From positions 646,500-710,499 of the forward strand of contig CAVVHO010000003.1 in NCBI GenBank assembly GCA_963748035.1: a stretch of 64,000 nucleotides of DNA. The letters are read 5' to 3'. The translations under genes and the position numbers were made by a program. This document shows, in pieces, positions 56,902 to 64,000 of this stretch (positions within the stretch are counted from its first letter, which is position 1; each line of letters begins with the position of its first letter). The notes beneath the pieces are model-generated. The model did not search any database and had not been told where the DNA came from. It saw nothing but the letters and a program-made list of their open reading frames with translations. Source of the DNA: an uncultured Gemmatimonadales bacterium. Lineage in GTDB: Bacteria; Gemmatimonadota; Gemmatimonadetes; Gemmatimonadales; GWC2-71-9.

Positions 56902-57243
56902 TTAGGCGCGGAAGGGAGGAGCGCGGGAGGGGGGAAGAGTGGAGTCAGACCGTCCGGTCTGAGATTCGACCGCAACGATTGGAAGCACTGAGTCCGGCGG
57001 CGTGACTTGCGCGGAGACGGCTTGGGAGACCAGGCACCCATCCGTCACGGCTGGCTGCTGAAGCGGGCACACCTGGGCGTGGGTAGGCTTCCCGCCCAGG
57101 TCGACGAGGGTCCGCTCCGAAACAGCTGCCCCGGGCTGGCCGTGGAACACCAGACTGTCGAACAACGGCAGGCCGAAGCCCCCGACCAACAGGGCGAGCA
57201 GCAGGGTAAGGGCCCGTACGCGGACGATCAGGGACCGGCTCAT
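56902..57243 (-). CDS. RAPP-terminated leader protein (DUF2946/CruR-like uORF) 2
   Basis: 113 aa from ATG 57243: hydrophobic anchor, GGFGLPLFDSLVFH, HAQVCPL, C-terminal SRAPPFRA; ends 68 nt before the OMP gene. Confidence 0.75.
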   Translation of the reverse strand: MSRSLIVRVRALTLLLALLVGGFGLPLFDSLVFHGQPGAAVSERTLVDLGGKPTHAQVCPLQQPAVTDGCLVSQAVSAQVTPPDSVLPIVAVESQTGRSDSTLPPSRAPPFRA

Positions 57244-57296
57244 CGTAGGATGAAGGTAGTAGGGGGGTCCGGGGTCCGCGAGGCCACCGGGGGGTC

Positions 57297-58898
57297 TCAG
57301 GGCCGGGCCTCGAGGATCGGGTTTACCCTCGGATACTCCGCGCTGATGCCGGGGCGCCGGCTGGGACCTTCGGCGGGTAAAATGAACCAGAAGGTCGCAC
57401 CGGTGCCGTAAATGGACTCGCATCCGATCGTTCCACCATGCATTTCGACGAATCTCCGAGCGAGCGCGAGCCCCAAGCCCGTCCCCTGCTGCTGCCGGCT
57501 GGCCGAACTGTCCACCTGGCTGAACTCGTGAAACAGTTTCGGCATGTCCTCCTGCTTTATCCCAATTCCGCTGTCTTGCACCGAGACCCAGAGGGCATCG
57601 CGCGAGACGAGGCGGACCGCCTCGCCGGGTGAGTCGACCGGAAGCGGAAGGGGTGCCCGTGTCGCGATAGCCGAGACGATCATCTGACCGCTTTGCGGAG
57701 TGAACTTGGAGGCGTTGGAAAGCAGGTTGAACAGGATTTGCCTTATCCGCGTGCCATCAGCCAGCACCGGGAGCGGTTGGGTACCGATCTCGAGCTTGCA
57801 CTCCTGCTGCTTGGAGGAGCGGAGCGGTGCGGTATCGGTGACGGCGCCAAGAATGAGCTCACGCAGGTCACTGGGCGCGAGGATGAGCGTCATCCGGCCG
57901 GCCTCGATCTTGGAGAGGTCCAACACGCTGTTGATTAGGCCGAGCAGGTGCTGACCGTTGCGGAGGATGGAGTCGAGGAACTCGCGCTGGGTCTCATTGA
58001 CCTGTCCGAGTTCCTCCGTGAGCAGCAAGTCGGAGAAGCCGTTGATGGCGTTGAGCGGAGTGCGGAGCTCATGCGACATATTGGCGAGGAATTGGCTCTT
58101 GAGCTCTGTGGCCCGCTGCAGCTCGCGATTCTTCGCGGCCAGGACCTCTTCTTTGCGACGGCTCTCCTCCAGCACATGGGCGCGGTCGAGCCCGACGACG
58201 ACCTGGTCGCCCAAGGTCTGGAGCAAATGCACATCAGCATCGGTGAACGGCTGTCCATCACGGCGATTGACCACCGCGAGAACGCCAATGACCAGGCCGG
58301 CCGAACGGAGCGGGACGGCGACAATGGTCTTGAGCGGCAGGGCCGATAAGGGATAATTCCGCGGGTCCGCCGCCATGTCCGGAGAGGTGAGGGCGGTCTC
58401 ATTCGTCACTACCCAGCCTAACAGGGAATTGTCCACCGGGAGCAGTTGGTGGCGGGTTGCCGCGATAGGCCCCGCCCCGGCCACAATTCGGACGAACCGA
58501 CCCTCCTCGACGACGAAACCGATGGCCGCGCCATCGCTGGCCAGCAGGTCTGCTGCTGCCTCCGTCACGACTTGCAGCACCTGGTCCAGGTTCTCCCCCG
58601 AAACCATGGCTTCGGCGACCCTCCGGAGCCAGTTCAGCTCGCGGTCGCGCAGTTGAACGCGGGACTCGGCGTCTCGCTGCCTCTCCTCACGCCGCAACCG
58701 GTCGCGACTGACCAGCCCGAGGCCGATGCCCATGAGGGTGATCGCCCCCGCCAGCAGCCCCCAGCCGAACGACACCCCACGGCCAACAAGCCACGCTCCC
58801 GCGACGCCCGCGGGCAGCGCCGTCAGGAGCAGTGGAGTCGCCCGGGGGATGATGGCCCGGGAAGATCGCACTGCTCTGGGGGGCGTAGGAGGCGTCAT
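57297..58898 (-). CDS. Membrane GAF-sensor histidine kinase (no receiver domain)
   Basis: Two TMs, GAF, FLANMSHELRTPL, N box NLLSNASKF, DSGIG, GTGLGL. Confidence 0.93.
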   Translation of the reverse strand: MTPPTPPRAVRSSRAIIPRATPLLLTALPAGVAGAWLVGRGVSFGWGLLAGAITLMGIGLGLVSRDRLRREERQRDAESRVQLRDRELNWLRRVAEAMVSGENLDQVLQVVTEAAADLLASDGAAIGFVVEEGRFVRIVAGAGPIAATRHQLLPVDNSLLGWVVTNETALTSPDMAADPRNYPLSALPLKTIVAVPLRSAGLVIGVLAVVNRRDGQPFTDADVHLLQTLGDQVVVGLDRAHVLEESRRKEEVLAAKNRELQRATELKSQFLANMSHELRTPLNAINGFSDLLLTEELGQVNETQREFLDSILRNGQHLLGLINSVLDLSKIEAGRMTLILAPSDLRELILGAVTDTAPLRSSKQQECKLEIGTQPLPVLADGTRIRQILFNLLSNASKFTPQSGQMIVSAIATRAPLPLPVDSPGEAVRLVSRDALWVSVQDSGIGIKQEDMPKLFHEFSQVDSSASRQQQGTGLGLALARRFVEMHGGTIGCESIYGTGATFWFILPAEGPSRRPGISAEYPRVNPILEARP

Positions 58899-58911
58899 GG
58901 TGACTTGGCGA

Positions 58912-59115
58912 CTACTCGGTGAGCAACTCGCTGAATGTTGTTTCTCCGGTGGCGAGCATCCGGCGCAGGTAGGGGCGACATAGTCCGCACTGATCCCCGC
59001 AACCGGTCTCCCGCATCACGTCGCCAAGTGTCCAGCCCTGCTCGCGCGCGCGAGTGAGCAGCTGGGCGAACGACACGCGGCGGCAGATGCACTGAGTAAC
59101 GCTAATTTGCGGCAT
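58912..59115 (-). CDS. BFD-like (2Fe-2S) small protein
   Basis: 67 aa, CIC...GCGDQCGLCRPY. Confidence 0.8.
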   Translation of the reverse strand: MPQISVTQCICRRVSFAQLLTRAREQGWTLGDVMRETGCGDQCGLCRPYLRRMLATGETTFSELLTE

Positions 59116-59187
59116 AGGGCGAATAAAGCGTCCAGCGTCCAGCGTGCGCGGAGTCGGTACCCTGCGAACGCCGAACGCGGCACTCAC

Positions 59188-59889
59188 CTACGGATTTGTC
59201 GGCCGCACATCCAATTCGCTGACCGTGGCGCGCTCGGGTAGCCGGAGGGTCGCGAGCACTGTTTCCGCGACATCCTCGGGATGGAGGATCTGGTCGAGAT
59301 TTGGCTTGAGCATGCTCTGGTTGCGAATAAGCCCCGTGTCTACTGAGCCGGGGCAGATCGTGATCACCCGAATGTTCTCCTTGCGGACCTCCAGCATCAG
59401 CGAACGACTGAAACCGAGTACCGCGTGCTTGGAGGCGGTGTAGGCGGTTCCCCCTGCGAAACCGTTCCGCCCAGCCAGACTCGCGATGTTCACGATGGCC
59501 CCATGGCGTTGCTGACGCATGCGGGGCAATACCTCGCGCGTCACCAGATACAGGCTCCGGAGGTTGGTCGCCATCGTGGTGTCCCAGTCCGCCAGCGTGA
59601 GTTGGTCGAACGGCTTGAAGACTGCCACACCTGCGTTGTTGACCAACACATCCACCGATCCGAGTTTCTCCGTGACCTGACCCACCATGTCCCGCACGTC
59701 CGCTTCCAGACCGACGTCAGCGGGGTGACCATGGGCCGTAATGCCGGCTTGGCCGAGATCATCCAGGAGGGTGCGGAGTCGGGAGGGAGTCCGGGCGCAT
59801 ACACCGATCAGATAGCCAGCGCGCCCGAGCGCGAACGCCGTAGCGCGGCCGATCCCTTCGCTGGCTCCGGTAATTAGGGCGACTGGCAT
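59188..59889 (-). CDS. SDR family oxidoreductase
   Basis: TGASEGIG, NNAG, YTASK. Confidence 0.93.
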   Translation of the reverse strand: MPVALITGASEGIGRATAFALGRAGYLIGVCARTPSRLRTLLDDLGQAGITAHGHPADVGLEADVRDMVGQVTEKLGSVDVLVNNAGVAVFKPFDQLTLADWDTTMATNLRSLYLVTREVLPRMRQQRHGAIVNIASLAGRNGFAGGTAYTASKHAVLGFSRSLMLEVRKENIRVITICPGSVDTGLIRNQSMLKPNLDQILHPEDVAETVLATLRLPERATVSELDVRPTNP

Positions 59890-59901
59890 AGAACGAATCT
59901 A

Positions 59902-59925
59902 GACGGGCGGACGGGCGGACGGGCG
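59902..59925. repeat. Octamer tandem repeat (GACGGGCG)x3
   Basis: Read directly upstream of the SDR gene. Confidence 0.85.
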
Positions 59926-59997
59926 ACAGTGGACGGGTAACGGGGAAGAAGGAAGGGGGAACGCGGGTTCTTGAATTGTGCGTTTCTCACTCCTTGC

Positions 59998-60101
59998 TTC
60001 TCACCTCTCACTTCTCACGTCTCGCTTCTCACTCTTCACGTCTTTACGTTCACGTTTCACGGCTTCACGGTACCGCTCACCGCTCACCGTTCACCGCTTA
60101 C
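59998..60101. repeat. Degenerate heptamer array (NTCTCAC grading to CGCTCAC, about 14 units)
   Basis: TTCTCAC CTCTCAC TTCTCAC GTCTCGC TTCTCAC TCTTCAC ... CGCTCAC CGCTCAC CGTTCAC CGCTTAC. Confidence 0.8.
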
Positions 60102-60110
60102 CTTCCTGTC

Positions 60111-61991
60111 ATGTCCACGCCGCTCGCCATGCCAAGGCAACGCCGGATAAAGTCGGTCGAGCCACTGCCTTGGCGCGATCGGCTGCGCGCGACCCGACGG
60201 TTGCCCCGGCTGCTCCGCCTAGTGTGGGATACAGATCGCCGGTTCAGTGTGGCGATGGTGATCCTCCGGGGACTCCGGGCGGTGCTGCCACTCGGCGTGC
60301 TGTGGGTGGGCAAGCTGATTATCGACGCCGTGGTCGGCGTGGTCACCAATCCGGCGGGGCCGACGGAAGATGCCCTGCGGCACCTGGCCGAACTGGTGGC
60401 GGTGGAATTCGGGTTCGCGGTGATCGGGGAACTGCTCGCGCGACTCTCGGCGCTGGTCGAATCGCTGCTGGGCGATCTGGTCGCCAACCGCACCAGCATC
60501 GAACTGATGCAGCACACGGCAAGCCTTGACCTGGAGCAACTCGAGAATCCCGAAATTTACGACAAACTCGAGCGAGCCCGGCGGCAGACCGTGGGTCGGA
60601 TCGGACTCGTCACCGGATTCCTGGGAACGATTCAGGACCTGGTTACTCTGGTGACCTTGGCCGCCGTGCTCACACTCTATGTACCCTGGCTCCTGTTGCT
60701 CCTCTTGGTGGCGGTCCTGCCATCTTTTCTCGGTGAAAGCCGCTTCGCGGCGCTGTCCTACTCGCTTCTCTACTCCTGGACCGAGGAGCGACGCCAGTTG
60801 GACTACCTCCGCTACCTTGGTGCGAGCGACGTATCCGCGAAGGAAGTGAAGCTGTTCGGCCTGGCCAAGTTTCTGGTGGGCCGTTACGCCAGACTCTCTA
60901 CCGAGTTCTACGAGGCCAATAAGAAACTGGCTACGCGCCGGGCCATCGTCTCCTCCCTGCTCGCGCTGATCGGTACGGTTGGCTATTACGGCGCCTACGG
61001 GGCGATCATCTATTTGACGATCAGCCATAAGCAGTCACCCGCAGGACCGTTCACCATCGGGGCTCTCACCTTTCTCGCTGCCTCGTTCCGACAGAGCCGA
61101 GACCTGATTCAGCGCACACTGCTCTCGGTGGCCCAGTTGGTGGAACAGAGTCTCTATCTGGAAGACCTCTTCTCGTTTCTGGAAGTGGAGCCCCGGATCC
61201 GCTCCGAGACCGGCGCGCCACCGGTGCCCGCTCCGCTGCGCGACGGGTTCGTGTTCGAGGACGTCGGATTCCACTACCCCGGCTCGACGCGCTGGGCCGT
61301 GCGGCACCTCTCCTTCCGCCTCACGCCCGGCGAGCGCATCGCGCTGGTGGGGGAAAACGGGGCTGGAAAGACGACGCTCGCCAAGCTCCTCGCTCGCCTG
61401 TACGATCCGTCCGAGGGTCGAATCCTGCTCGATGGCAGGGACCTTCGCGAATACGACCTCGGGAGTCTGCGTAGCAATGTGGGCGTCATCTTTCAGGACT
61501 TCTTCCGCTACGACCTGTCGTTGACCGAGAACATTGCGGTCGGAGACATCGACAAGCTCGAGAACCGACCGGCCATCGAATCGGCCGCGGAACACAGCCT
61601 GGCGGACACGGTCGCCTCCCGGCTCGAAGCGGGCTTCGAACAGCTACTGGGACGGCGATTTGAAGGGGGGGTGGACCTGTCAGGCGGAGAATGGCAGAAA
61701 GTGGCGCTGGCACGCGCCTACCTGAGGGATGCCCAGCTACTCATCCTCGATGAACCAACGGCGGCGCTGGATGCGCGTGCGGAATACGAGGTGTTTCAGC
61801 GCTTCGCGGAGCTCACCGTGGGGCGTATGGCGGTCCTCATCAGCCACCGCTTCAGCACGGTGCGGATGGCGGACCGGATCCTGGTCCTCAAGGACGGGGG
61901 ATTGCTCGAGGAAGGGAGCCACGAGCAACTGCTCAAGCTTGGCGGGCTCTACGCGGAGCTCTTCCACCTGCAGGCTGCTGGATACCGCTGA
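60111..61991 (+). CDS. Fused ABC exporter (TMD+NBD)
   Basis: Six-TM domain; GENGAGKTT, LSGGEWQK, LDEPTAALD, ISHRFSTVR; start ATG 60111 after the repeat array. Confidence 0.93.
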   Translation: MSTPLAMPRQRRIKSVEPLPWRDRLRATRRLPRLLRLVWDTDRRFSVAMVILRGLRAVLPLGVLWVGKLIIDAVVGVVTNPAGPTEDALRHLAELVAVEFGFAVIGELLARLSALVESLLGDLVANRTSIELMQHTASLDLEQLENPEIYDKLERARRQTVGRIGLVTGFLGTIQDLVTLVTLAAVLTLYVPWLLLLLLVAVLPSFLGESRFAALSYSLLYSWTEERRQLDYLRYLGASDVSAKEVKLFGLAKFLVGRYARLSTEFYEANKKLATRRAIVSSLLALIGTVGYYGAYGAIIYLTISHKQSPAGPFTIGALTFLAASFRQSRDLIQRTLLSVAQLVEQSLYLEDLFSFLEVEPRIRSETGAPPVPAPLRDGFVFEDVGFHYPGSTRWAVRHLSFRLTPGERIALVGENGAGKTTLAKLLARLYDPSEGRILLDGRDLREYDLGSLRSNVGVIFQDFFRYDLSLTENIAVGDIDKLENRPAIESAAEHSLADTVASRLEAGFEQLLGRRFEGGVDLSGGEWQKVALARAYLRDAQLLILDEPTAALDARAEYEVFQRFAELTVGRMAVLISHRFSTVRMADRILVLKDGGLLEEGSHEQLLKLGGLYAELFHLQAAGYR

Positions 61992-62104
61992 AGCCTCAGC
62001 CGGTGACCGCTCCACATTAATTGTGCGTGAATGGTGTTCTGGAGGGACCGATCGAGCAGCAAATCGGCCAGCCGCGAAGTGCGACTGGCCGATGGATTCA
62101 TCGC

Positions 62105-63709
62105 TTAGTTGGCTGGCGGAGCCACCGTCTGACCTTGCTCAGCGCGTTCCTGGCGGCGGAGCCGGACTTTCTGAACTGGGGCTCCTCCGCCGGAACTGTG
62201 GAGGAAGGCGTTGGGATCGTGCATCAGGGCACCTTCCGGCAGCCACTGGTACAGTGAGCCGAGCTCTGACTTGATCCGGTTCAGGTAGAAATCCGGTAGC
62301 TCGGTCGACTCCCCTTCCATGAAGGCCCGCACACTCTTGTCGGTGTCGAGCAGCTTGCGCATTTGGGTGTGATAGGCGATGCGTCCGAAGCCCTCGGACG
62401 AGACCGCGCGAATCACGTTCATCCACTTCGGAATCCAGGTGGGTGTCGCCGGAATCCTGCGGGCGATGGCCCGCCACGAGAACGAGTAGCGGCTCACGTC
62501 CACCAGGCCGTCGTAGAACTCCGGCCAGGTGTAGTGCAACGGCTTCACGTTCATCGCGTGATTGTTGTTCAAGAAGTGGAACGGGAAGGGCAGCACCCGT
62601 CCCGCGCGCTGGTAGTCCAGGTTCATCGGTGCCGCCCGCCCAAAGGCCGAAAGCAGCGAATAGGCGGGGAAAGCCCCCGGCGAGAGATCCAGGAACTTCT
62701 TGGTGAGCTCGAACGGCTCGGTGCCCGAATCGCCGTCCATCCCCATGACGAAATTGGTCTGGATGTAGGGGATGTACCGCAGAATCATGTTCACATGGTC
62801 GGAGACCTGGCGGACTTTCTCTATGCCGGTGTTCCGGGTCTTCGATTTGTTGCCCAAGTCGTACCACGACTCGATACCGGGGAGAATGGCCTGAAAGCCG
62901 TTCTGCCGGAGGCGCTTGAGATGGGGCTCGGAAAGCAGAGAGAGACTGCTCTCCGCGATGTGCCGCATGCCGCCCTGTGGCACCACCGACTCGATCGCCT
63001 CCATGTAATCATCGAAGCGGACGCCGAAATTCGGATCGTGCCAACCAATGATGGGGTTCTTGAACTTGGTGCGCACGAAGGCCAGATCGTCCCGCAGCTG
63101 CTGGAAGCCCAGCGGCTGGTAATCGACGGTCGAATCGATGCAGAAACTGCAGGTATATGGGCACCCCAGGCTGCCGAGCATCGGTACGATCTTGATGGTC
63201 GGTGCCTTCTCCAACGTCGCGCCGACGAATTCCCAGCGCTCTTCCAGAGTGGGCAGTTCCGCGGGCTGAGTCGCGGCGGACAGGTGCCGGCCGATGGGAC
63301 GATGCTGAGCGCAGTCGTCCAGGACGTCCTTGATGACCTGCTTGTCGGTGAACCCGACGACGTAGTCGAAGTACTTGACCGCATCCTCGGGATAGCAGCG
63401 GGCATGAGGGCCACCCAGCACGGTCACAGCCCCGCGACTGCGGAACAGATTGCTGAGGGCGTAGGCCAGCTGCGCCGATTGAGTGAACGCGCCGATGAAC
63501 AGAATATCCAGATCGGCGGGCAATTCCTCGAGTAGATTCTCGAGCCCGGTATAGCAGACGAATCGGACATCGTGCCCGGCCTGGCGACACCATACCCCGA
63601 CGGCTTGGGGCATTATGCTGGCCAGGTTTGCATTCATCACCCGACCATATATGGAGGGGTTTGGGCTCTTCGTGACGAGATCGAGGATGCCTACGCGGAG
63701 ACGAGGCAA
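62105..63709 (-). CDS. B12-binding-domain radical SAM protein
   Basis: N-terminal Rossmann-like domain (TVLGGPHA), CPYTCSFC motif, GIES. Confidence 0.88.
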   Translation of the reverse strand: MPRLRVGILDLVTKSPNPSIYGRVMNANLASIMPQAVGVWCRQAGHDVRFVCYTGLENLLEELPADLDILFIGAFTQSAQLAYALSNLFRSRGAVTVLGGPHARCYPEDAVKYFDYVVGFTDKQVIKDVLDDCAQHRPIGRHLSAATQPAELPTLEERWEFVGATLEKAPTIKIVPMLGSLGCPYTCSFCIDSTVDYQPLGFQQLRDDLAFVRTKFKNPIIGWHDPNFGVRFDDYMEAIESVVPQGGMRHIAESSLSLLSEPHLKRLRQNGFQAILPGIESWYDLGNKSKTRNTGIEKVRQVSDHVNMILRYIPYIQTNFVMGMDGDSGTEPFELTKKFLDLSPGAFPAYSLLSAFGRAAPMNLDYQRAGRVLPFPFHFLNNNHAMNVKPLHYTWPEFYDGLVDVSRYSFSWRAIARRIPATPTWIPKWMNVIRAVSSEGFGRIAYHTQMRKLLDTDKSVRAFMEGESTELPDFYLNRIKSELGSLYQWLPEGALMHDPNAFLHSSGGGAPVQKVRLRRQERAEQGQTVAPPAN

Positions 63710-63890
63710 TCGCTCTCCCGGGTTAAATGATTCCCTGTGGAGTTGGCCGCCAGAACTATTGGCGCGACCGCTCGGAGGGGGGCGGACATGAAGGATGCGC
63801 AGCGTGCCCGCCGCGCGTCAGGTAAAGTCCCCGGTCGGGCGCCCCGGGTCAAGGTCTGAGCCGATATTCAACCGAAACGCCGTCCGGGTC

Positions 63891-63932
63891 ATTTGACACC
63901 AATTTGACATGCACCGATCCGCCCTGCATGAT
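63891..63932. promoter_or_regulatory. Promoter region with ATTTGACA direct repeat (11-bp period)
   Basis: ATTTGACA at 63891-98 and 63902-09; second TTGACA is 17 nt before CATGAT, ahead of the EF-G gene. Confidence 0.5.
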
Positions 63933-63961
63933 AGCCCAACCCCTTCAAGGAGGTCGGCCCC

Positions 63962-64000
63962 ATGCGGGTCTATGGTTCAAGCGCCATCCGTAACGTGGCC
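63962..64000 (+). CDS. fusA: Elongation factor G (stand-alone paralog), N-terminal fragment
   Basis: MRVYGSSAIRNVA resembles EF-G N-termini (IRNVA precedes the G1 box); SD AAGGAGG; only 13 codons visible. Confidence 0.6.
   Translation, partial: MRVYGSSAIRNVA

Noticed and set aside
42085-57243. Mobile heavy-metal resistance island
   Set aside because: No integrase, transposase, tRNA attachment site or flanking direct repeats were seen, and no compositional break is evident by eye
59902-60101. CRISPR array or protein-coding repeat (LTSHFSRL...)
   Set aside because: Units are 7-8 nt with no unique spacers and no cas genes; the translated repeat lies upstream of the supported ATG 60111

Overview
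GC-rich bacterial chromosome segment, most likely Gemmatimonadota (inferred from gene content and style, not from a search). It runs from the 3' end of polA to the first codons of a stand-alone EF-G. It contains a complete SufR-sufBCDSU operon followed by a bacilliredoxin, an mnmG-parS(x2)-parA-parB-M23-bactofilin block, a nucleoside-type ABC operon, ndh/queG, and an aminotransferase-LOG-deoxyhypusine synthase operon. A ~15 kb metal cluster (42-57 kb) holds csoR/copA/copZ, copC/copD/2xSCO/ctaG, PCuAC, a ZnuD-like TonB receptor and an ATPase-less metal ABC system with an outer-membrane protein. The strongest lead is two paralogous ~112-aa ORFs in that uptake operon. Each has an N-terminal membrane anchor, a shared His/His/Cys motif instead of the CxxC of CruR/DUF2946, and a C-terminal SRAPP ribosome-arrest motif. 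One sits in front of each outer-membrane transporter, and in one case the APP codons are complementary to the Shine-Dalgarno of the next gene. Other leads are an unclassified ~190-nt structured RNA candidate (8825-9012), many apparently leaderless genes, STRR-like short tandem repeats, a tandem PadR operator array and a frameshifted small membrane gene. No rRNA, tRNA, CRISPR array, transposase or integrase was recognised. All calls come from reading motifs by eye; no database search or folding program was run.
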